Shown: positions 1 to 11,209 of the stretch, piece by piece | How positions within the stretch are numbered: position 1 is the stretch's first letter | Layout of the letters: each line of letters opens with the position of its first letter | DNA from: Azolla caroliniana | Taxonomy: Eukaryota > Plantae > Polypodiophyta | Direction of reading: 5' to 3' | Length of the DNA: 64,000 nucleotides | Assembly (NCBI GenBank): GCA_043228905.1 | Contig: JBHGNT010000013.1 | Coordinates: 7,874,001-7,938,000 of the forward strand | Notes under the pieces: model-generated | What the model was told of the DNA's origin: nothing | Seen by the model: only the letters and a program-made list of their open reading frames with translations | Database searches by the model: none | Program-made: the position numbers and the translations under genes

Positions 1-10
1 AACAGAGAAT

Positions 11-185
11 CGAAGGTGGAGTGAGAGAGAGAAACAGAAAGAAAGAAAGAAATAGAGCTTCGAAGGTGGAGTGAGAGAGAGAAAGAGAGAGATAGACCTG
101 TAATAGATATGTCGTCTTTCTTTAACTTTCTGCCACTGTCTGTCTGACAACTTCGAGGCAGAAGAGAGAGAGAGAGAGAGAGAGA
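11..185. repeat. GA/GAAA microsatellite-rich tract with a duplicated 24-mer
   Basis: (GA)n runs; cgaaggtggagtgagagagagaaa occurs at 11-34 and 61-84. Confidence 0.85.
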
Positions 186-583
186 TACTGAGACTGACCA
201 ACTGTCACAATGGATACCTTCTCTAGGTGTGCTTTCGTACAACTCTACCTAGGAGACTGGGGCAACAATTAATGTATTAAATATGGCCTAGGGACATTTC
301 GAGTGTGACGTATAATATCTTTGTGCATTCGAGTGTGACATAATGAATTTTTTTTTTGTTTTTTGAAATTTATTTACAATTTTTAATGTTTATTTTCTTC
401 TTCGATTTAGTACTAAATTTTTGGCCAAAAGTTGGTACACCGTAGCATGCTTCGACGCATCTCGGATGCTTCATTGAGGAAGAGGGGTGGATCATCGCGC
501 AAGGGCACTGGGACAGGAGGATGTTCATCCTCAACTCCAACGACATAGGCACCACCTTGTTTGCAAAATGATAGCAAGTTGAG

Positions 584-1078
584 TTGGATATCAACTTGTG
601 GCACAAGCGGATCGGCCACGTCAACTATCAGCGGCTTCAAGACCTGCAATTGAAACAACTTGTTTTCGGATTGCCAAAATTTAGTGGCCGGAACGCCCAA
701 ATGTGTGAAGCCTGCAACCTTGGGAAGCAACATCGGCTTCCATTCCCCACCAAAAGAAACCGGAGCCGTAACAAGCTTGACTTGATAAACTCAGATGTAT
801 GGGGACTGACACATAACGTTAGTCTTGGCAGGAGCCGATCTTTTGTCTCGTTCATCGACGACTACAATCGGCACATATGGATCTATCTCATCGAGAAGAA
901 AAACGAAGTCTTCAACTGTTTTCGGAATTTGCAAAGTCTTGTCGAACAGGAAACAGAGAGAAAGATCAAGTGCCTGTGGTCGGATGGTGAAAAAGAATAC
1001 TTTTCTAGCCAATTCAGTAGTTATTTGCAGCAAAAAGGAATTTGGAGGGAATTTAGCTGCAGATACACACTTGAATAA
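584..1078 (+). pseudogene. copia integrase fragment (HHCC zinc finger plus N-terminal catalytic core)
   Basis: ORF with WHKRIGH..CEAC, NSDVWG, FIDDY, WSDGEKEY; premature stop. Confidence 0.9.
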
Positions 1079-1317
1079 AACAGTCTGGCCAAAAGAAAGA
1101 GAATAGCATGCCCACGTTCTACTAGGCCGAAGTGGTCCGGACGGCCGTCTATATCCAAAACCGGATCGGGGATAAGGTGTCATCACACGAGTTGTATTTC
1201 GGGTAGAAGCCGAATTTTAGGCACCTGAGGATATTCAGCAACATTGCCTATGTGCATGTGCTAGATGAGAAGCAGAGGCAGCTAGACCCAAAGTGGGAGA
1301 AGTGCATTCTAACGGGT

Positions 1318-1763
1318 TGTTGAGCGAACAAGCTCAACCGGATCCGGATTGGCTAAATAAGCCAAAGCTGGATTGAAGAACCAGATCGGTGTCTGGATGG
1401 TATCCGGAACCAGGAGCCGGTTCGGGGAACCGGATCAGATTGTAACCGGTAGGCCGTTAGAGGCAACCGAATCTAGCCTAGTACGTAGGCATATTTCTAG
1501 GAGACAATGTCAATCGCTCATATGAGCAGTGAATTACATTTCATTACTTCTGTTAGTACTTCTGTCAGTCCTTTGAGGGGCTTGTATAAAAGGTGTTATG
1601 CAGGACATTCTATGTGCAAAACGTTATTATTTTGAATTGAGTTTCACTGTTCTGCTCTCTTTGTCTCTCCCGTGTATTTCTAAGGTTCCATTAAACCTAT
1701 CTCTATTCTGTTGTTGTTCGGTTAAGCTGTTTCTGTCTTAGCTTCTGCATATTCACTTTTACA
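1318..1763 (+). repeat. copia1 5' LTR
   Basis: TGTTGAG...TTTTACA; TATA-like tgtataaaa; PBS follows immediately. Confidence 0.9.
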
Positions 1764-1775
1764 TGGCATCAGAGC
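1764..1775 (+). promoter_or_regulatory. Primer binding site, tRNA-iMet type
   Basis: TGGCATCAGAGC, one mismatch from the canonical TGGTATCAGAGC. Confidence 0.9.
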
Positions 1776-1859
1776 ACGAGGGTTGAGAACCTCCACAACT
1801 GACAAGTGTTTTGTGAAGACAAACCCTAACACCCGGTAAAGAACAGATAGAAGAAAAAT

Positions 1860-4800
1860 ATGGATAAAGGAATGGCTAGCTCGCTTCCGATGGTGAAGCT
1901 CAACAGATCCAACTATGAATCCTGGTCATACAAGATGCACCAATACCTGTTTGGGCACGGTTACTGGAGCTATGTTGATGGAGTTAATGATACGGCGCCT
2001 GGCTTGGGAACAAGCGGCAAGCAGAGTTTTGTACTGCTTTGCATCCAGTGTCTGCGATTAGCTGCAGAGCCATATCCGGGATGCCAAGACGCCAAAGGAA
2101 GCTTGGGGAAACTTGAAGAAGGTCTTCTCCACAATCACCACGGTCAGGGAAGCTGCAACTCCGGCAAGAGTTGAGCAATGTCTAATAGAAGGACATGTCG
2201 GTGGCCGACTATACGGCCCTGATCAAAGACAACTGCGACTCACCTGCCTCTTTCAACGTAATCGTCGAGGAAGATGAGATGGTGTAGGTTTGTCTCGAGG
2301 GCTTGGCATCAAAGTTTTGGGCATTCCTAATGGCGGTCTATACAAGGGAGAATACGTTTTGTACGGCGGTCTGCACAAGTAGGGAGAGTCAAGGCAGCGC
2401 CGAAATCGGCAAGAGAAGACCACAACAGAATGTTGGTACTATGGCTGGAAGGACCACAAAGAGAGCAAGTGCTGGAAGAAGCGCGCAGATTCGGACAAAT
2501 CTGGATTCAGCATGGCTGGTCGAAGAAACCAGCAAAGCTCGCACTACGTAGAAGGATCGAAAGGATTAGGAACTAGTAAGACCGGAAAAGGGCCAACGTT
2601 TGTGATGAAGCACAAGGCAAACTGAATGAAGAAGACCACTTCTGGATCGGAGGAAGTGCGGTATGTTGACTATGGAGCATCAAACCACATGACAAGCCCT
2701 GAAGTGTGGTTCTTGTTTTTGGAAAAACCGGAGCAACCGGGAGTTGTCGAAACCGCAGACGACACTCCTCACCTGATAGTACATGTCGTAGAACTTCCTT
2801 TGAGGCATGTCAGAAAAAAGGGAAGCTAATGAACGTGCTTCACGTCCCGACAATCACAAAGAACCTACTGTCAATCGGTCAGATCGTCGATCAGGGGATG
2901 CAGGTGCGGTTTAGGCACCCCAGGTGCTTCATTGAGGAAGAGGGCCAAATCGTCGCGCAAGGGCACCGGGACGGGAGGATGTTCATGCTCAACACTAATG
3001 ACGTAGGCACCGCTTTGTTTGCAAAGGGTCAAAAGATGGAGTCGGATATCGATCTATGACACAAGAGAATCGGCCATGTCAATTACTAGAGGCTTCAAGA
3101 TCTACAATCAAAATAGGTTGTTTTCGGATTTTTGAAATTTAGTGGCCGAAAGGCCCCAATATGTCAAGCATGCTAGCTCGGGAAGCAATACCAGCTTCTG
3201 TTCCCCACCGAAATAAACTGGAGCCGTAAGAAGCTTGATCTAATACACTCGGATGTATGGGGACCGACACAAAACGTTATTCTTGGCGGGAGCCGATATT
3301 TCTTCTCCTTCATCGAAGACTACAGCCGCACACATGGACCTACCTGATTGAAAGGAAAAGCGAAGTTTTTGACTATTTCCGGAACCTGCAAAGTCTTGTA
3401 GAACAGGAAACGGAGAGGAAGATCAAGTGTCTGCGGTCGAATGGTGGAAAGGAATATTTTTCCGGCCAATTCAATAGTTATCTACAACAAAAGGGAATTC
3501 GGAGAGAATTCAGTTGTAGATACAAACTGGAACAAGACAGTATCGCCGAAAGGAAGAACCGGTCAATTGTGGAGGCGGCATGGGCAATGTTGGAAGAGAA
3601 GAGCATGCCCAAGTTCTTCTGGGCTGAAGCGGTCCGGACGGCCATCTACATCCAAAACTAGATCGGGGATAAGGTGTCAACACACGAGTTGTATTTCGGG
3701 TAGAAGCCAAATTTAAGGCACCTTAGGATATTTGGTAGCATAGCCTATGTGCATGTGCGGGATGAGAAGCGGAGGCCGCTAGACGCAGAGTGGGAGAAGT
3801 GCATCCTTGTTGGCTACTCACATAAGCAAAAGGGTTATAAGTGTTATAACCCTGAACAAAACAAGTTCGAGTGAGCTGAGATGTCGAATTTGATGAGTCG
3901 GCATTATCATACTCTCTATTGACTCCGATGTCTGAATTCGACTCGATTATGGAGGATGAGGCAAGTGAACCTGAAACGATCCGGGTAGAAGATGACGAAG
4001 AATTCGGTACTCTAGATGAGAGTCTGATCTCATTCCGGCTAAGTGGGACGAATGAGCGTCTGAGTTGGAATGACCAGTCAGATGAAGAGCCGACGTGTAG
4101 TGCAGACTCGATCGTGCTCTCTCTACGCAAGGAACCGACGAGATGGTTCACACGCAAAGAGAAGGGGAAGAAGAAGATGTCAGAATACGCCACTGGTAGA
4201 GACGAGTTGGATCGGAGCGAGTCCAACTCCAGAAAAAGCAAAGATGGACCTTCGAAAGAGAAGTCTAAGTCAGCTAAGAAGGCCAAGAAATCGGTGAATC
4301 AGGATTTGCTCTGATCCACGCGCTAGAAGAACCCTGTGAAGACGTAGGGTATAATGAATATATGGCACATCATTATGCGTACATGGTGAAGGTGGTAGCT
4401 GAATGTGAGCCGGAGAGCTATGCTGAAGCGGCCAAGGACCCAAATTGGCGGAAGGTGATGGACGAAGAGATGCACGCTTCACGGAGAATGAGACGTGGGA
4501 CTTAGTGGACATACTGAAAGGAGTGAAGCCGATCAGTTACCAGTGGGTATACAAGGTTAAATACAACACCGACGGCTACCTCAATAGGTACAAGGCCCAA
4601 TTTGTGGCCAAAGGCTATGCACATCAGCACGACATCGATTATGATGAGATGTTTGCGCCAGTCGCGAAGATGACGATTGTTCGTGTCTTGCTTGCGGTGG
4701 AAGCGGCGAAGGGGTGGCATCTCCATCAAATGGATGTAAAGAATGCGGTCCTGCAAGGTGATCTTCAGGAGCAGGTGTACATGGTTCAGCCCCTTGGATT

Positions 4801-5257
4801 TCAGTCTGATGTAAATACATCGACGGTGTGCCGATTGAAGAAGTCCCTCTATAGACTCAAGCAAGCCCTGCGTGCTTGGAACGCGAAGATCATGTAGAGA
4901 CTGCGTCGGATGGGGTTTACTCTGTCGAAATCAAACTCTTCACTTTTCATTTGGCAAGGTCGTAACGGGCCGGTGAGCATATTGCTCTAATAGTCAGAAG
5001 TCTTATCTATCTAACCATTGCCCGGCCGGACCTCAGTTATCCGGTCAGATTGATTAGTCAATTCATGGTGCCTCCAACTATGGAGCACCTTCAATGCGCG
5101 CATCGAATACTCAGGTATGTTAATGGCACTAAGGACAGGCGGTTGTTGTATCGAACATGTGTAACCGAACAGCTTGTCAGCTACACGGATGCCGATTGGG
5201 CCAGAAATGCCGGCGACCACATGTCTACATCTAGATATGTGTTTCACTAGGAAGCGT
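1860..5257 (+). pseudogene. copia1 gag-protease-integrase-RT, many stops and frameshifts
   Basis: LNRSNYESWSYKM (gag), YVDYGASNHMT (PR), LRSNGGKEY / AERKNRS (INT), WVYKVKYN / LHQMDVKNA (RT); copia domain order. Confidence 0.92.
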
Positions 5258-6215
5258 TGTCGTGAAGATTTTCGGCAATAGTGTGAAAATCCCATAAAAC
5301 GTACGAAATCGAGTATGAATCACATAATACAATAATTGTGAAGATAACATTTTAAATAAATTTAATATCTAAGTACAAAATGATGGAGGTTTCGAATGCA
5401 CTTTATTACACGAGAAACGGACAACTAAATGTCAACATATGAGGGTATAAAGTTTGTGAAAGGAAAAGAGAAAATTGTGAGATATCCCACATAGGCACGA
5501 CAAATACGGCTCTCATCATATATAAGGTAGAGCAAAATATATTATCTTTGTGTCTATGTGTGGAGCATAAAGAGTTCAAGGTAACTTGAACTAAGAGTGG
5601 AGGTGGGCTAGCTACTCGTAAAGGGTTTTGGCCAACCAAAACCGGACCGACGATGGAGCCGATGATCCGACGGCATCCGGCGACGGCACTGGTATCCGCC
5701 GGTGAGACGACGGCATCCGGCGGCAACCGACGACGGCATCCGGTATCCGGCGGCAACCAGCGACGACATCCGGCGGCATCCGGCGACAGTATTCAGCGGC
5801 ATCCGGCGACGACACCGGTATCCGGCGGCAACCGACAACGGCATCCAGCGAGGCACCGGTAACCGACGGCATCCGGCAATTTATGCATGTCTTGTACCCT
5901 CACATGCATCATATGCATGAGAGCATCTATAAAAGAAGGAAGGGGGAGGAGAAAAAAGGACGGTTTTTTTTATGAAAATTAAGAGGAAGAAATTCGTTAT
6001 CAAATTGATCGTGTAACTTGTTTCTTAAATCTAAAGTTAAAACTTCAATCAATCTCTCTCAATAATGTGATCTCAACTTCTCTCTTTCCCAATCTATCTT
6101 AAGTACTTTCTCGCTAAAGCTTACGCCAAAGCTTGTACCGATTTTGAATCCTTCCGGTCTAGAACCCCGGCGGTTCCGCCTCACGATCCGCGCGTAGTGA
6201 CGGATCTTCACGACA
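5258..6215 (+). repeat. Element A 5' LTR (958 bp, shorter than the 3' LTR)
   Basis: Direct repeat of 21153-22401; TATA tataaaa near 5928. Confidence 0.95.
5640..5878. repeat. GC-rich minisatellite inside A 5' LTR
   Basis: Degenerate ~15-18 bp units (cgacggcatccgg, ccggtatccggcggcaac). Confidence 0.9.
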
Positions 6216-6223
6216 TAATTAAG

Positions 6224-6241
6224 TGGTGAACCCGACGTGAA
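6224..6241 (+). promoter_or_regulatory. PBS complementary to tRNA-Trp 3' end
   Basis: TGGTGAACCCGACGTGAA matches the recalled plant tRNA-Trp end (TTCACGTCGGGTTCACCA); 8-nt spacer after the LTR. Confidence 0.85.
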
Positions 6242-6282
6242 AGAGGCGGTAGGAAGGATCAAGTCGAGATTAATACTTGGAG

Positions 6283-8478
6283 ATGGCGTCCTCAAGCAAC
6301 CAAGCAGGAGAGCTCAAAAGGATGATGCTAATCGTCGAGCAAATGATGAAATCTCGAGACAACGACGCGAGCGTGGAGAAGGCTGTCGATCGTGTTGTAG
6401 AGCTCGAGGGCCAATTCGATGGAAGGAACGTTACGAAGTTCCTTGATGCATATAGAAGGGAGATGAATTAGAGGGACGTGTCCGAGGCACGTCAAATCGC
6501 AAGCTTCAAGAGAGTTGTCGCCAACAACATCCAAAGACGCGTCATCGAGCTTCAAGAAGGTAAGACAACGTGGTCCGAGTTCGAGAAAATGATACTAGCG
6601 GAGTTCGTGACTGAAGACTCAACGAGGATGACTCGACATGCCTTGATGAAGTGGATAGAGAAGAAGAATAAGAAGATGAGTGTCTCGAGGGTGTACGACG
6701 AATTCGACCAGATGTTTAGTCATCTCCTCAATACGGACCAAGTGTTGCTTGAAGAGGACAAGACTTTGTACTTCTTGAAGGCCGTGGACATAAAGAATAG
6801 ACGGGAGTTGGGGACTCTTCTCGAAGATGATACCCAAGCAAATGGGCTCGTAGCGGACTGGATCGCGGTGAAGCGGGCATGCAATAGGCTCGACAAGCAT
6901 CGCCAATGGGTTGATGACACCGACTTGACGGGACCGACTACCACGGAGAAAGCAAGACCGCCGAAAGTAGCTGAGCCGCCAAGACAAAGTAACGTGGAAG
7001 AAAAGAAGATTGATGACGACATCATTGAAGAGCTAGCGAAGAAGTTCGAGAAGGTCACGCTAGCCAACATGAATCGTCGGGGCCCTAAAGGAAAAGAACC
7101 CTTTAGATGCGTATGGTGCGATAGCATGGACCACATGAGAAGGGATTGTGCGAGCCTTCGAGAGGCGATTTGACAAAATATCATATACATAGAGGACAAC
7201 ATGATTTGCTCAAGCGAGACTAGAAGACCCCTACGGGTGAATTTCGAAAGAGGAGGAATGAAGAAATCTATGGAGGATGCCGATGCGACTCATGTGGATG
7301 CGATGCACTATGCTGCGTCGGCCGGAATAAGAGTCGGGAAAGACAAGACTGAAGCTGCTAGAGCGGGAGCAAAGTTTTGGACTTCCGTTCTCGAATATGA
7401 GAAGAAGGGAAAAGTCACATCGAACGAGGTAGAGCTTGCGGACCGAAGCATGCAAAGCATAACCGGGTGGTCAGATCCGGTGGACGACAACACCATACTC
7501 GGAGAGGTGATGTGCGACAACCACAAGGTGTTTGTCGAAGAAAAGAGAAAGAGAATAGAAGAGCCAGGGCCATCAAAAAGACATGAAACAAGGAACGCGA
7601 AAAAGAAGGACGATGCGGAGACGAGTCGACCTTTACAAACGGAGGAACGAGAATCAATCCGAAAAGGGGAGCCGAGCATACGAGTTGAAGAAACGGTTCG
7701 GCCCGTGAAGGTTGGTGTCGAAGACCCCACTCGGAGGACAAGGACCATACCTACCTATAAGCTAAGGTCGGACATAGAGCAGACGACGGACCTAAAGAAG
7801 ATTCTCGAGGAACGAGTTCTTGATAGCCACGTAACTTTGTCCTTGAGGGAATTGCTTGGCATTACGAAGGAGTTCCATGACACGATCATGGACCTTGTAA
7901 AGAGAAAGAGACAACAATCGGACGAGGAAGAAGAGAAGCCGCAAAAAACAAAAACGAATGCCATAACAATGGCAAGAGACGAAATCGATGAAGATATGGT
8001 GGACAGCCACTACACTCGACCTCATTGGGCATGAGCGACAACAGAGACGCCGGTGAAGATCGGGGAGAAGAAAGAGACCGTCGTAGCCTTGATCGACCAC
8101 GGCTCGGAGATCAACCTCATGTCAACCGACTTCTACAAAAAAGGAAGATGGCCAATCAATACAAACCACGGATGGAAGATTCGCGCGGCAACAAAGTCTA
8201 CGGAGGATTTGTATGGAGCTTGTCCCAATGTCAAAGTCACGATCGGGGATGTGGAGATGGATCAACACTTCTTCGTACAAGAATCGGTGTTGCATCCTGT
8301 CATCCTAGGGCAACCTTATATCACATCATCTTGGATGGAGACCAAAGTGTTCGATAATGGAGCAGCATTCGCACGAATAAAGAGTCTTGAGAACTAAAGA
8401 TCGGTCCAATTCCTAACGGTGCGAGCCAATCATGAAAGGAATCGAGATAGTCTCGGAGGCGAATCCTCGGATTTTTAG
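6283..8478 (+). pseudogene. Element A gag-protease ORF with in-frame stops
   Basis: GQFDGRNVTKFL, CVWCDSMDHMRRDC zinc knuckle, ALIDHGSEINLM protease; homologous to B. Confidence 0.9.
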
Positions 8479-10770
8479 AGAGGACTATTGAAGCATGGGG
8501 CACAAATAGTCCGAGCAATCACAAGACCCCACAAGAAAGAAGAGTGCGTGGATTGCAAGGAGAAGCAACATGTGTCACACCTAGTGGCGCATGTAAACTA
8601 GTACTACCCAACAAGAAGTACAAGCGCCGGATACAAGAATTCGAGAAGATGCTGAAAGAAGAGAACATAATAGAAGAAGGAGAGTTCGTGACTCATATTA
8701 TGGAAGAAGCCTCATTTAACGACACCATCGGCGAAATCGAGGACGTCGTGGATTTGAGCTATCTTCACAACCAACACGTGATTTCGGTTAACTCCGTCAA
8801 CATGTACGCTATCATTGATGAATACCGTTGTGGCATCTCGATGAAGGAAGCTAACATCAACACGAAATATAAAATGGTGGATAAGAAGATCAAGCCAGTT
8901 GCGGTTCCGCTACCGGAAGATAGCTGGCAAAAGATGAAGGAAGTCGCTAACGATCCAAGCTTAAGAGATCCGAAGAAGATAGGTCATGTCTTCACCAAAG
9001 AGACGAAGGGGAAGCTACGAGTTGGAAAGGAGGATTTCCTTCTCCTTGAAGAGGAGCAAATGTTCTGCGATATGCTTGAGAGACATGGGAAGGCTTTCAC
9101 ATTCTTCCCATGAGAAATCGGATGCGCCGACCCAAAGGTTATAGAGCCGATGGTGATCTTCACGGTGCCTCATGTGCCTTGGAATTTGAAACCGATACCG
9201 GTTCCGAGAGCACACCTTCCGAAGTTGATCGAGCTCTTAAAGGAGAAGGTGAGTATGGGAATTCTAGAACCGTCGAATGCTCCTTATTCCAATAGGTGGT
9301 TCACGGTGCCGAAGAAGAATGGATCATTGCGATTCATCCAAGATCTTCAACCCGTCAACAAGGTGACAATTCGAAATGCCGGAATCGGTCCAAGCGTGGA
9401 TGAATTTGCCGAAGCGTTTGCGGGCCGGTCCATCTACTCCATTGGCGATCTCTACTCCGGATATGACCAATTCCAATTGGCGATCGACAGTCGGGACATT
9501 ACAACCATGAGGACTCCGATCGGGCTTGTGCGGATGTGTACCTTACCCCAAGGCGCAACGAACTCGGTGGCTCATATGGTGAATGCCATGAATAAAGTCT
9601 TGAAGGATTGCATTCTGGACATCACGATGCCATTCTTGGATGATATTCCGATAAAAGGATGTTTGGATGAGGAGAAAGATGAATCGAAAGATAAGGAAGG
9701 TTGTAGAAAGTTCGTTGCGGATCATATGAAAGATTGCGAGAAGGTGCTTCAAAGGCTCGAAGATGCGAATTTGACATTTTCGAGAGAAAAATCCGCATTC
9801 GGGCATTCGGAGATCTTGGTGGTAGGTCACTTGTGTGGAGCATACGGCCGGAAGCCCTCGCCATCCAAAGTGAACGCAATCCAAGACACGAAAGAAGAAT
9901 GCGAAAACCAAACGGAGGTTCGAAGGTTCCTTGGAGCGTGCGCATTTTATCATATATGGATTCCTCACTACGCTCATGTCGCCGAACCGTTATATGGACT
10001 ACTAAAGAAAAGAATAAAGTTCAAATGGCGAGACGAGCACACAAAGGCGATGCAAAGATTAAAGAAACTGCTTCTTGAAGCTCCGACACTAAGGAAGGCC
10101 GACTATGCCGAAGGGAAACCAATTTATGTGACCGTAGATACGAGTCCAACCGGAATCGGGTGGGTCATCAACCAAGAAGGTGAAGATAATGCGCGATATG
10201 CCGTCCGGTTCGGAGCAAAGGTTCTCAGCGAACAACAACAAAGATATGCCCAAGTCAAGCGGGAACTTTGGGGTATTGTGTCAGCAGTGAAGACGGACAA
10301 AGATTACCTGATCGGGTCAGAAGTGATAATAGAGACAGATTGTCTCCCAATTCTCGGAATGATCTCGGGATGTGCGACCCCAGATATTGCTATGCTAAGG
10401 TGGATCGCCTACATCAAGTCTTTAAACCCAGAGATCCGTCACATTGCAGGGAAGAAGAACGCCATGGCTGACATGCTGTCAAGGGCAAGATTTTCAAATG
10501 GAAGTAACATGGTTTCGGAAGATGAAGATGTCACCCTCGACTTCTTCAAGATGGCTCGATTGTCGGCAAAAGACCAGGACACGCAAACCCTCCACACCTT
10601 CAACGAGAACGAGTACGAAGGAGAGTGGTTACTCATTGGTAGATTCCTAAGAACATTGACGACAGATGCTTCGTTGACAAAGGAGGAGGCCCTACGAATC
10701 CGAAAGAAAGCTTACCGATAGTTCTTGAAGGGAGGATTCCTTTGGCGACATCCAAAAAGAAGGACAGGAA
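8472..10770 (+). pseudogene. Element A pol (RT-RNase H), -1 frame relative to gag
   Basis: LRFIQDLQPVN, DLYSGYDQ, LPQGATNS, PFLDD; VTVDTSPTGIG (RNase H). Confidence 0.93.
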
Positions 10771-11159
10771 TGTTGTCTGCCTGGCCGGACTAGCCTCAAC
10801 ACAGGTGTCTATCCGACACTTCTCCAAAGGGGTGGTAAGGATTGGATGTTAGGTTACACGTGTAAGATGATTACACTAAGCACAGACGGTAAAACAATAC
10901 AAAGATAAAGATAAACACGCAATAATTATATTTGTATTACTTCCGTAAAGCATTTACAAATCATCGGATCCTTTTATAGGCATCCGGCAAGGTTACAATC
11001 GGTGCGCTTAGGCAACCGGCATCCGAATCGGTCCGGATCTGGATCGGTACAACTGTACCGGATCCGTCCCTCCGAATAATAATTATACTATTATTTACTT
11101 CCTATTATCCGATCCGACTCCGCCTTCCCACTTATCCTTGCTCTTCTGATCGGCCAACA
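10771..11159 (-). repeat. Element D 3' LTR
   Basis: Direct repeat of 19494-19882; minus-strand TATA CCTATAAAAGG. Confidence 0.95.
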
Positions 11160-11161
11160 CA

Positions 11162-11201
11162 TGGCACGCCCGTGGGAAAGTGCCTTGCACTTCGAATCCA
11201 C
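11162..11201 (-). other. tRNA-3'-end-like structured motif where D's PPT is expected
   Basis: Sense: GTGGA TTCGA AGTGC-AAG-GCACT TT CCCAC GGGCGT G CCA, 2 nt, LTR; conserved in C and E. Confidence 0.85.
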
Positions 11202-11209
11202 TCCCGGCC

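Noticed and set aside
421-444. Possible Tc1/mariner-like terminus (TA-CGGTGTACCAACTTTTGGCC on the minus strand)
   Set aside because: No partner inverted repeat or transposase in the window; weak similarity only.
5640-5878. CRISPR-like appearance of short repeats
   Set aside because: No constant repeat with unique spacers and no cas genes; degenerate tandem array inside a eukaryotic LTR.
5406-5920. Overlapping R/P/A-rich ORFs on both strands (also 21301-21975)
   Set aside because: They arise from the GC-rich LTR minisatellite and are not credible genes.
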